The position numbers and the translations under genes were made by a program. 64,000 nucleotides of DNA. It comes from Ramazzottius varieornatus (lineage: Eukaryota > Animalia > Tardigrada). Shown piece after piece: positions 1 through 11,840 of this stretch (its first letter is position 1; each line of letters starts with the position of its first letter). The stretch spans positions 1,291,249-1,355,248 of the forward strand of contig BDGG01000005.1 of assembly GCA_001949185.1 (NCBI GenBank). The letters are read 5' to 3'. The notes under the pieces are model-generated. The model searched no databases, was not told the origin of the DNA, and saw nothing but the letters and a program-made list of their open reading frames with translations.

Positions 1-1063
1 AAAAGTCACCTCACGTTGCTGCTGAGGAGTTCGAGGACTAGGCTCTGCACATCGATGTCCGTTATTCGTTTGATGTGTCCATTGTGAACCTGGAACAAAA
101 TTCTTTGGTGGAAAAACAAACACAAACACGAAGAAACGATGCAGATAGCAGAAAAAGCAACCATACATCCGAAGTCCACAGTTTAAGCGGCTTGCTTCCA
201 ACACTGTACAGTATGGACATAAATCCGCTCTGAAAAGTATTCCGAAACATTTTGATGTACACCAGAATGGATAACACTGGTAAACTTCAGACGACAGCCG
301 TGGTCTCGTGGCGAGGTGCGGGCCTGGCCCGAGACCGCTTACATCCGCATTAAGCCCCAACCGTCTTAGCAACCATGGGCGTATACTGCAAGAACAAAAC
401 AACAATCAACAGAGAAATCATTTGCATTGGACATTCTTTCGGATGTTTTACCAAGGAACCTGTGCAAGTCCCATTGTTCCGCATGACAGAAACCTCCACG
501 TGCCAGTCAGACTAGAACTCGTAATATCAGCACAAGTCCTGTGGCTCGTTTGCTTGGGAACTTCTGAAAATAACAACCTGTAAACAGTATCAGCATATTG
601 ATACAAAAGGCGAAGTTCCGTGAACGAATCGGAAACGCTACATCAGTCGGATTCAGGTTTGCTCTTACGCTTATCCTTTCAACGGTGGCTTCCCGCAGTT
701 GTTCACGCTCAGATTTCCGCCACCGTGGCACTTTTCCCGGTAAACGCCATGCACATGGAGAATGCTACTGTATGAGCCAGATTAAAGTGGTTAGAAAAAT
801 GAAGGATGGTGAAACACAACTCGCAAATAATTTCTTTCAAGCGTGATGTAAGATGGAAATGTTACCTGCTCTTGAACGTTCCGCCAGGAAATTCTTTAGC
901 CGGAAGTCGAACGAAAATGCCTTTGTATGACCACATCAGAGCCTGTATGACCATTGACTTTCCCTCTGAAAAATCGGAGAAGCTCATTTTCGGCATTCCC
1001 TTTCTGCTGCGCTATTGCTTGCCTGAAGTCATTTCATATTGGAAGAAAGTCCTATCCAGCATC

Positions 1064-3394
1064 ATGACTATCTCATACCAGCTGAGTGTTGCAAATGCCA
1101 CCTTTGCCGGGTTCTTCAAGCTACTCGCTCGATGGAAAGGGAGTGTCTACAAACTGATGTTCAAGGAGCTCCTCGTCTTTTCTTTCCTGTATGCTTTCGT
1201 CAGTGCCATTTATAGATTTGTCCTAGAGGACGGACAAAAAAGGTAAGATACTCTGCCCAGACTATGCGTGAAACCATTTGGACAGTGTTCGAGTTTTTCT
1301 ATCAGGTACTTCGAAAAATTCTGCATCCATATCGAAGAGACCATCACACATGTACCGCTCACCTTCGTTCTGGGATTCTATGTCACGTTTGTAGTATCCC
1401 GATGGTGGGAGCAACTAAACAGTTATCCTTGGCCAGATCGGTACTCGAGCAAACTTTGTTTTCATCTCGAGAGATAGTGTACATTTCTCTACCGTCTATT
1501 TACATCTATTCCGTTGTCCAGGATGATTTTACTGATTGTGCACCATGTGAGCGGGCTGGACGAACGATCCCGAATGCTAAGGTTCGTTTCCATCCACAAA
1601 TGACAACTCATTTGTCTCAGATAATTTCCAGTGAAAGTTTGTATAGACGGACGTTGGTGAGGTACCTAAATGCCTCCATCATTCTTCTCACAAGGACCAT
1701 CAGCGTAGTCACGAAGAAACGGTTCCCATCGGTCGAGCATCTGGTAGATGCCGGCTTGCTGACCAAGGAAGAGATGGCACTGTACGACAAACTCGAGCTG
1801 CAGTACGGAAAGTTCTGGGTTCCACTTGTTTGGTTTTCCCGCCTGCTTGAACAAGGAAGGGCGGAAGGCTTGATCAAAGACGCATCTGGGGTGGCCGTCA
1901 AGCAGATCTTGGATGAGTTGCTAGTCTTCCGGTCCTTGCTCGGAAAGATGTTCATGTATGACTGGGTCAGCATTCCCGTCAGCTACACACAGGTAAGCAT
2001 TCCAAATAGACTCCAAAGACTGTACGAACAATGTGAGTCGTCGAACAGGTGGTAACGATTGCCACGTACACTTACTTCATGGGATGCGTCTTCGCACGTC
2101 AAAAGCTGGATCCAGCACAGGCTTACAAGGGCCATGGCTTTGACGCTTACGTTCCAGTCTTCACGATCCTCCAGTTCATGTTCTACGTTGGCTGGTTGAA
2201 AGTGGCGGAGAGCTTGATTAATCCTTGGGGCGAAGACGACGATGACTTCGAGGTATCCAAACCGCTTGCCGGCCGACTATCTAAAACATAAACGAGGTTC
2301 TGGCTTTAGGTCAACTGGTTCATAGATCGACATGTCCAAGCAAGCTATGCTATGGTGGATGACATGTAAGTACCTTTGCCATCTTGTCAGACCGCTCACA
2401 AAAGGGAAACAGGTCTTCGACTGCCGTAGGCACCATGAAGTTCCTCCTCTTGTCAAGGATCGATACTGGGGCGAAGTTAGGATTCAACTTCCGTATACGG
2501 ATGCATCCATGGACACTAAACGGGATGAAGAATGCGCGGACTTGGGATCTGCGATGGAATATCAGTAAGTCGATGGGAAAGATTAATACACCGGTACTTG
2601 TGGAATTTCGGTTACATGGCAAACCTATGTGTTATAGCGTTCCACTCGATAAGCAGCGACTCTCAGTATCCCCACTAGCGCCAGGCAGCCGACGAGCGTC
2701 CATGACGACCCATAACACGGAAGCCAACTCGAATACCTTACAACCTCCTTCCAATTGGGAAAGCCTTTTCCGTCCCGGCCTTAGGTTTGATACCGCCTGG
2801 AGAATACAAACATCAGGATAATCACCTATAGCTAGCTGATGTTATCCAGGAAAAAGAGTGGTGTGTTCCTCGCGATTCCCCAAAGGCATGACTTCATGAT
2901 CCCCATCGAAGAGTCGCCGTCTCCCATCACCTCGCCGGTGGCTCCCGATTCGCCAGACGTTAACGCTCCAACTTTCCGCCTGATCCAAAACCTCCAGCAA
3001 GGTCTCACCGGAAACCTGACAGAGTATCGTACGGCCAACTTTGACCGTCCGGTTTCCGAGTTTATCGACGCCTCAGACCCGTCCTCTTCTAACAGGTACA
3101 TACAACTGTGAAGACTCCAACAATCAACACCTAACCCTTATTGAAGCGAAAAAACGTACTGCATATAATATTGTATCTCACATCTCGGCTTTCCCGACGA
3201 AACATTCTCGTAATCGATACCCTCGTAGGAACTCCGTGGCTTCAACAGTCGCACAGGCCAGCTACTTCCGCCCGACTGCTCTGGTTTCCGAGAGGAAGTC
3301 GTTGGATAGTCTGCAAAACCAGTTCTCACCGACCACCTCTCCCAAAAACGGAGATGGCAATACTCCACTTCTTCGACGCACGGTACAAAAGTGA
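1064..3394 (+). CDS. Bestrophin Ca2+-activated anion channel, paralog 1 (multi-exon)
   Basis: MTISY start, [33 protein letters not shown] and Ca-clasp [15 protein letters not shown] introns at approx. 1243-1305, 1441-1521, 1582-1647, 1993-2049, 2253-2309, 2366-2430 and in the C-terminal tail (tail exons approximate). Confidence 0.95.
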
Positions 3395-3779
3395 TCATCG
3401 ATAACTCTGATGATGCAAAACAAACTTCCTCCTCAATGGACCAAATTGTCTTAACGTAACCGAATGTGACTTACCGCAACGGCATATTATTTTATTGTAC
3501 ATGTCCCAGTTTGAAGTTCTTCGGTCTGTTTATGAATAAACTATCCAGAAAAGCGTGACAACAAAATATTATTAAAACTAATTAATTATAATCCGTCAAC
3601 AAAAAGAGAGATACAAAAGGGAAATCGCAGATTAATCGTATCAATCTTCAACAAAAACGTAAATCTCTTTCTTTCACAAATGCACATGTGCTACGACACA
3701 TGTCACGAAACATTATCCGACATCTCTCCAAAAGCACAAAGAACAAAGGAAAATAACTCGAAAAGCCAAGTTGTCTAAC

Positions 3780-5379
3780 TTAGATCGGGTCATCCTTTTC
3801 CTGATACATCGCGTATCGTTGTCCGCAATAACCGGAGCCATTCTGCTGTGGAGCTGTCAAATCTACAGGTCGGTTCAACCTGAGATCCTGCGCCGAGGAC
3901 GTGGGCACAATCACTGATCGGTGCTGTGGTGAAGCTTGAGCCGAAGGATAGTCCATGGGTGATCCATACGTTGGTCGGCTTACCGTACTTTCTCTCTCTT
4001 GGTTTCTTTCGTGTTGTGCGAAGACGGGAAGCTGTGCTTGTTGTAGCTGCTGCTGTTGCTGCATCATCATGGCCATCATCAGCTGTTGCTGGTAGCTGGC
4101 CGCGAACGGATCCACTGGGGAATGAGGAAATGCAGCGAGGGACGGAGAGTACATGGGACTCGTACCGAAGTAGAAGGGCGATGGTAACGTCACCATCGGG
4201 GACAGAAGTCGGAGAGGCTCTGCTTTGGTTGTGTTAGCGTACAGCCCAGGCGAAGATCCGTTGCTTCGACTGACCACCGCTGGTGGAGAACGAACTATCA
4301 CGGACGTCGGAGTACCAGAACTCCTGCAACAGCCAAACGACCCGTTCTGAGCGTTCACGATCAATACACTATGCATTACATCATCCAACAAACGCGAAAG
4401 CAATCAAGCACCCTGACGTCATACAGAGCATTCCAGCCATTTCCGGTGGCACTTTCGAGCAAGACGCTCCGCAGCCGCGGATTCCCGCCGAGCAAGGCAT
4501 CTTGGCCAACGGCAGAACTTACCGCCATCCGTGAGCCGCATGCGCTGTTGAATATATTTTGTCACAAAATAGTTTTTTTCTTCGGTATTTTAGCTGAATT
4601 TTCAGTTTGTAATTGTTTGTTATCTGAGAAGCTTTTATAATTTCACACCTTCCCGTTTCTTTCTTTGGTCGTTTCGTGCTGGAATGTTCCTTGAGTACAT
4701 GGGGAGATGCGGAGGGACTTTTGGAGAAGAATTCTCTTGGTTGTGCGTGTGGGAAGACGGGCTTGTCGGGCGTGGTGTAAACGGACCTCGACAACAAGTC
4801 TTCATCCTCAGAGTCCAGATCCGACTCTTCCTCTACCTGCTGCCGTTTACCTGAAGGAAGGCGAAGCTTTTCCGCGACCGGAGATCGATGCGCGATGACC
4901 GAGCCAGAAGGTCCGGGAAAGCCAGGAGAGAAAGGTTCAGGCTTCAGCTGCTCATCTTCAACGAAATTCGGTGCTCCTACACGATGATTCTTTCTTCTTG
5001 CTGCATAGTTAATACTCTTAGGAACTGTGGACGAAGTGGAGGAAGCCAGTTTGCCCATCGACAAGGCCGCAACAGCCGTTGCTTCTTCGGGAGTCTTGCC
5101 AACGGCTTTGGCGGCTGCTTCAGCGACGATCTCGCGGAGGAAGTCAAACTTTTGCTCGTTATCCACACATTGTTTGATATGGTCGATACTCAACGTTCGC
5201 GCACCTCTACCCGCTGCAATCTCTCCACATTTGGCCAGAAAGACTTCGGTGAAGAGCTCGAGACTTTTGGAGACAACGACGGGAACAGCAGCTGCCACTT
5301 TGCCCACTTCTTCGTCCGTCTGCATGATCTTCTTGATCCGGGCTGGAGGGAAGCGCGTCTTGAACTTGTTACTGGGCAT
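3780..5379 (-). CDS. DRAP1: NC2-alpha / Dr1-associated corepressor (histone fold) with long low-complexity C-terminal tail
   Basis: [43 protein letters not shown]...FDFLRE is the NC2-alpha signature. In-frame splicing model: approx. 5379-4649, 4544-4412, 4348-3780 (distal exons inferred). Confidence 0.9.
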
Positions 5380-6499
5380 ACTGACGTCTTGGTCCTGCAA
5401 CAAAACGAAAATGATCGTTAGAAAATTGAACGAACAAGCCGTTAGCACGAATATCACCGTAAGGTTTTATTGTCTAGCAAAGTGGGCCACTTTAACCTCT
5501 TTTCTTCACAAACGTAAACTAACGCACGAGGTTACTTTCAATATCATGCAAACAAGCAAGCCAACTTACTGTTCCTTTTCTTTAAACTCAAGTTCAGCTG
5601 GACAAAGAAAGATCCATTTTGCACACAGCACAATGGGTTCGCTTTGGAAGGGAAGACAATCTGGAAAGCCTAAACGAATATATAACAACCGCAAATCAAC
5701 TGATCAACGTAGACAAGGTAGCGCAAAGTTGTCGTCTCAAAGGAAACTCGTGAATCGTGATAGAAATTGATCCCACATGCAGCGTTTTCAAACGACTCCG
5801 CACGAACATACCTTCGACCGTGATTTAGCCAACGGAATCTTCACGGCGATAAAACCAGTTTTGAGAGCGTTGTACGCAGAAGGGAAACGGCAATCACGAT
5901 CTGGCAACAGACACCCTCTGAAGTCACTAGACTCAACAGATGTACGGCAGATAAGTCACTTTACCGAAAACGCTACTCCAAGGTCTAGCCTAATTTACGA
6001 CACTACAGTCTGCAGATGCAACGATCAAACCCTTCCAAGGTTCGAAGGTTCCTTCATCGCGAACCATTTACCAGAAAAGAGAAACCCAGAAAAGTGAGAA
6101 AAAGAAAATCGAAAAGATTGAAATCGAACCACCTTGAAAAGAATTTCCGCCCGGAAATAAAATCAAGCTTGTCTGCGACTGATTAACGTTCAACCCACCT
6201 CTTTTCATCAAACAATCGAGCGCCACTTCCTGCGAAAGAGATACGTTTGTCGCAACTCACAAGACATCAGAATGATAACATGCCTGTCATGTCATAGTCA
6301 TACCAGAGTATCACTCTGGTCATACCAATGGAAACTAAGATTTAGCCGATTCCTGAATCAGGAACAGAAATCAAATCTGGGACATCCGGGTTCCAGACCA
6401 TCGTCCGCATGTACAGTGTATAAGAAAAACTGTCCCGGCGACCGGTTCCCGTTATTAAGACCAACGGAAGAGCCATTAGAACAGGTATCGCAGTAGTTC

Positions 6500-6710
6500 G
6501 TCCGGCCGAGCGAAGCGAGGCCTTTATTAGTCTCACGTTTTCAGTGCTGATCAGAATGTTCAGTCATGGGCTTTATCGCAAACAACCTTCTGAAAATTAG
6601 TGCGCCAGTTGAACGAGCCGATGTACTAGACCCACTTATCGCAAAGACGCAAACTTCACTGCGCCAGTGCGCTCGCTCGGCCGTTCCAGTGGTCAAGACC
6701 ACTAGCTAGT
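6500..6710. mobile_element. Putative non-autonomous Helentron/Helitron2-like element
   Basis: Subterminal inverted repeat CGGCCGAGCGAAGCG (6503-6517) / CGCTCGCTCGGCCG (6670-6683), then hairpin AGTGGTC-aa-GACCACT (6688-6703) and terminal CTAGT. Confidence 0.5.
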
Positions 6711-6901
6711 ATGTTTACTACTCGAAACCCAGATTGCAGTTCACGTGTAAGACCACGTCTTGAAAGCAGGCGAAACGATTTATAAGATCCCAGATTCTGT
6801 CTTTCCATCATAGCCTTGTCACCCTCCATCACAGAAAAATACTGGAAAAAAAGAGAAAAAGTTTGATGGTGACAACCAATGGCAAGAAAGAAACAAGATG
6901 T

Positions 6902-7147
6902 TCAACGCGCATCGAAGACAATCAAGCGTTTCGTTCGTTTCTTATACAGGATACGATAGCCACACTCTTGACAACGGATCGGTTCCCTTCCCCGGATGGG
7001 GTTCTCTCGATGACATTCACCACAGATGTACACGACGGGCTTCTTGTCTTCTTCCGTCAATCCCGTGTCCATGGGCTCTCTTCTAGAATCGCGGCTGCTC
7101 TTGGAAGCTGAGCCGGTGACTGTCGACTGGTTATCCGTGTCAGCCAT
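6902..7147 (-). CDS. POLR2K: RNA polymerases I/II/III shared subunit RPABC4 (RPB12), intronless ORF
   Basis: [10 protein letters not shown]...[25 protein letters not shown] zinc ribbon. Alternative in-frame ATG at 7072. Confidence 0.95.
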   Translation of the reverse strand: MADTDNQSTVTGSASKSSRDSRREPMDTGLTEEDKKPVVYICGECHRENPIRGREPIRCQECGYRILYKKRTKRLIVFDAR

Positions 7148-7524
7148 GTTTATACCTGGAAGGGTCAACCTTCGGACCTATAACCAAACTACCCCCTGTA
7201 AAACTTCTTCTTAACAAGACGAAGAACGGCAGGAAGAGCAATAATAATCGCCTTCTTACCTCAGTTACCTTCACTCGCGCAAGAGGTACAGACTTCGGCG
7301 TATGTTCCAGGAAAGTCCAGTCAGCAACAAGACGCGTTTCCGCGCACGAAGCGTCCCACACCGATCCACGGGGAAACCGAGACAACACTGGGATGAGTGG
7401 AGTAGCTAGTGCCACGAGATAAGTTCCGATGTTCGACCACCGGAGAGGAATTCTGGAGAGAGGATCCGTGGAGAGAAAAATTAATGGACAGAATTGAAAT
7501 GAGTGACATCAGGTAAAAATCATA

Positions 7525-7669
7525 CTGTAATGCTTCATGAACTTCGCGAAGCACGTGTGATCATACGCGTGCAGTTGAACCCCGGTCCGAAAACTTTTCA
7601 TTACCAACCCCCTAAGGGATGTTTCGCGCGTATGAAGACGTATTTTGCGAAGTTCATTAAGTATTACAG
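7525..7669. mobile_element. MITE family A (CTGTA termini, TA TSD), copy 1
   Basis: TA|CTGTAATGCTTCATGAACTTCGCGAA ... TTGCGAAGTTCATTAAGTATTACAG|TA. Homologous to 48805-48947. Confidence 0.9.
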
Positions 7670-8336
7670 TACTGTAATTTTACTACGCACTTTATCCGGT
7701 TCTGGTGTGTGACCTATTCGTGGGTGGGTTCGAAATTCTCCCTTGCGCGAGTTTCGTTTTGCGGAGACCAGCTCCCTTAGTCACCGTCGCAAACATCCAG
7801 AAAACTTCAGGAAGAGTTTTTCCTTTAACTGGTGGGAAGGACCGGTCCGAACGACTGCGAGAAATTGATCTGAACCGGACAGAGTGTGCGCGACAAGAAA
7901 TTGTCAGGAGAGATTCCATTTCCACCGCGGGAGACGCCTGCGGTCACCCAAAGATTTGATTTTTGATCGAGCTGATTTCACAGAATCAGTCTTCCGATTT
8001 CCCTTCAGTTTCTGTCTCAACTCTCAAGTTTCCAGTTCGACCCGCTGTTTTCGATGAAAACTTGCTTTCCTGCATCTGCTCCACGGTGATAGGGAGCAGT
8101 TGCGTCTCCTACTCGATGCTTTTGTTGGCTACCAGCAATTGCTTTGCAATTACAGTAGAGCGAAGCTGATGTCCTGGCCGTATGCGTCTTCATTGTTTCA
8201 CGGTGGAGGGTTCATTCTGCATGTCATTCCACCTCGGTACGTGACAATACTTGTGCATCTACGAGTGACAACGTTTTGAGGTTATGAATGTGGGGAGTTT
8301 GCTTAGTATTGCCTGTTGCTGTGTCTCCAGATATCG

Positions 8337-10856
8337 ATGACCATCTCTTATCAATACAACGTTGCTACTGCATCGTTCGCTGGCTTCCCCCGTCTGCTAG
8401 CACGATGGAAAGGCAGTGTTTACAAGCTGGTCTTCAAGGAGGTACTAGTTTATGCTGGACTTTACGTGTTGATGAGCATCATGTATCGAATCGGCCTGAA
8501 CGAAGCACAGCGAAGGTGAGGCAAATTTTACATCTTGAACGAGCTACAATGGCGATAGTCGTCGGACGTCATCGGTGAGCGTGGGGCTTTGACGGTATAC
8601 GAAGGATGGTTCCAGTGTATACCTGTGACGTCATGCGCCAATATGACGCATCTCATTTTGAGTGCGGTGCAAACTGGAGCAGAAAAGGATGGAAAATTTT
8701 GCTTGCGAATTGTGTCGCGCATAATTACGGAAACTAGACGAGATACCTTATCCTGCTGTTGTTACGTCACGAGTTTACTGGCGCATCGCGGAGTGCTAAG
8801 CATCATCTCCTTGCTGAGTTCTTTCAGGATATTTTTAGAGCTTACGGCGAAAACCGCGGCTTTTGCAGCTAGGTGCTCACTGCTCATTGGAGCGCCTAAT
8901 TTCATTTACACTGTTTGTAGGTTCTTTGAAAAGATCTGTCTGCATATGGAAGTGAGCGTCAACTTCATCCCGCTGACTTTCGTCTTGGGTTTCTACGTCA
9001 GCTTCGTGGTGGGTCGTTGGTGGGACCAGTTCTCTTCCTACCCATGGCCCGACAGACTTTGCCTCCTTATCGTCCTGTACATCAACGGTCGTGACGAGAA
9101 GTCCCGCCTGATCCGTCGCACTCTAGTCCGTTACCTGAACGCCAGCACGGTTCTTCTCGCTCGCAGCGTCAGCATCGTAGCCAAGAAGCGCTTTCCCACA
9201 ACTGAACACCTGGTCGAAGCCGGCCTTCTCACCAAAGACGAGTTCAAACTTTTCGAGAGTGTCAGCACTCAATACGCCAAGTTCTGGGTGCCTTTAGTCT
9301 GGTTCACAAAGCTAGTTGACAAAGCCAAGAACGAACAGTTGTTCCATGATCCGTCGGGGGGAATGAAGCAGGTTCTGGATGAACTGATGAACTTCCGGGA
9401 TAGACAGGGAAAGATATGGGCTTTTGACTATGTCAGTATCCCAATTGTGTACACACAAGTCGTAACGCTTGCTACCTACATGTACTTTGTGGGATGCTTG
9501 TTCAGTCGGCAGTTCTTGGATCCCCAGCAGAAGTACGAGAATTACCATATCGATATCTACGTGCCGGTCTTCACTCTCCTACAGTTCTTCTTTTACGTTG
9601 GATGGCTAAAGGTCGCTGAGAGCCTGATTAATCCTTGGGGAGAAGATGACGATGACTTCGAAGTGAACTGGCTGATTGATCGGCATATGCAAGTTAGCTA
9701 TGCCATCGTTGACGATATGTAAGTTCCATTCTGAATGGTGGACTACACTTTGGAAACTGCTAAATCTTCCCTGTGTGTTTCTAGGTTCCACCAACTGCCT
9801 CCTCTTGAGAAAGACAAGTACTGGAACGAGAAAGAAATTCTTCTGCCGTATACCGAAGCTTCGTTGGAGGTGAAGAAGAAGCCAATATCGGATCTTGGAT
9901 CGACGATGAACCTCAAGTATGCCTTAGAGCACCGTTAGACTTGTCACGTAACGCAAACTTCTTGCTGATAGTGTCTGTTCTGTCTTGGTTTTCAGTATCC
10001 CAGCATCGTCTCGTCCCATGAGACGCATGACTATGGACACAACGAACCCAATGGGATCCAGCGCCGATTTAGTTATGCGGCGACGATATTTCCGGAGACG
10101 GGGAAGCGAAAACGATCCTTCCAACATCAGCAGCATAGGACAGCGGAAGTATGTTATCCATTCGGCTACCGTTTCTGTAAAAAGTAATCTCTCTGTTTCT
10201 AGGCAGTCATCACGAAGCTTTACAGAGATTAGCGTTGCCGTACCTGTGGCGCCATCCTTTGGTGAATCGCAAGGCTTCGTTGCGGACGTGAGCGGCATTA
10301 CAGGGAAGTCGGACGACAGCGGGTATTTGACTCCAGGGTTTCCGACTGTCCCAAACCTTCGGGACGAGAACGAAATCGATTCTGAACGAGTGCGGAAGAT
10401 CAGTTCCCCGGCCAGAATGTCCTTCTTCGTGCCTGATGGCGAAGTCCTCGCCAACTTCAACAGCAGAAACACCAGGTTCTTCACGCGTTATACCTATCCC
10501 GTTAAACTAATCTACACTGTCACCAAGTTGATCCTACGTTCTCACTGAACCCATTTCTGGGAAAGTTTCCACAATATGTATTTGATTCTACCAGGAATTC
10601 GTTTTACAGGTTGGATCCCATACAAGCAAGCGATGCTGATGCAAGCGACGCTGACGACGCTCACGCCCAGGTTAAAGCTCAACTACAGCGCAAGAAGTCC
10701 GACGTGAAGAAGAGGGAGTACCAGATGACCTTCCAGAAGCCAGCCAAAGGAGCCACGCCTCCCCGAAATGCTCAGTCCCCCAGCATGAATGAGTCTTCCG
10801 AACCGCTGCTGAGCCATTCAGGTATGGAAGATAGACCCGTGTCTATGATTGCGTGA
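8337..10856 (+). CDS. Bestrophin paralog 2
   Basis: [42 protein letters not shown]. Core encoded by one long exon at approx. 8921-9718. Tail exons approximate. Confidence 0.95.
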
Positions 10857-11840
10857 AACAACATACAGTACAACAGATTAATTTCCTGAAATCTCCTTTT
10901 CGATTTTTCTCTCCCACTCCCCCACGGTGTTCCTCTCGAAACGTAGCTCCTCTTCCCCAAATGATAAACAGATATTTTTTCATGGGTTTTTTTAAATGAT
11001 CCTGTACCTGAGTTCCTCCCTCCACCGCGTACTTTCTTCGGAGCCTGATTGTACTTTTATTGAAGCAATATTACTTTTTTTCGTGCCTTGATCAGTTTAT
11101 GGAGCTTCTCAGAACCCAATAACCCGATCAAATCCCACCACTTTATTTTACTATCAAGGTGTTCCTAGCTATAAAACTATAAAAATCGCAGACGAAGATT
11201 TTTATAAGCGAACGGTTTTTACGTTTGATAGCAGATATCAAAGATTTAGGCGGTATCTTCGGTCAGGTCGGAGCGGCCTCATCAGTGCTGATAGTTCCTA
11301 GGGTTGGACTGTTGGGAAGTATTTGTTGGGTTTCAGTCTGTGTGAGCAAAAAAAGTATTCGGAAGGTTTACTGTATACGTCATGCGTGAAAAGATTCACA
11401 AAGAAACCAGTATTTATGGCGGATTTACAGTTTACACATTTTCGCCAACATTAAGACCTTGTCTTACTGTCCTCGGGCTATAGTCTTTTGTGGTGTTTCG
11501 GTACGAGTACTGTGTTTGGCGTGAGTCGCGTGCTTTCAGTTCTTTTCGTGTAGTTGCTATTTTCTGCAGATCCGACAGTATTTTATTGGCTCTACTAGAA
11601 GTTTCGAATATCCATTCTTGGCTTCTTTTGTGGCTTTGATTGTCACCCGCTGGCTCAAAGCGCGTGGTCGTTTGACGGCTGCTTGACCAAGGCCTTCCGT
11701 CGAAGTGTGAAATTCTGGAACTTTGATACATTCGTCCCCACGGGAAAGAGATGACTACGATGTAGCGAAAGTTCATTCGGGCCTCTAAAGCAGTCCCGTG
11801 TTGTGTCCTTCGCTTCCTTTTTGGCGGAGCGTTTTAGGAC

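Noticed and set aside
2253-2309. GTATCC donor suggesting a U12 intron
   Set aside because: Continues AA rather than TT and has no U12 branch consensus.
4888-5770. Long plus-strand ORFs (177 and 247 aa)
   Set aside because: Antisense shadows of the NC2-alpha CDS; no motifs.
7672-8156. Possible second CTGTA MITE abutting family A copy 1
   Set aside because: Only about 10 bp of terminal match (TACTGTAATT); not distinguishable from chance.
8589-8920. N-terminal 110 aa of the 377-aa ORF
   Set aside because: Open intron of bestrophin-2 (TTG start; GT donor near 8516 and AG acceptor at 8920 join the conserved exons).
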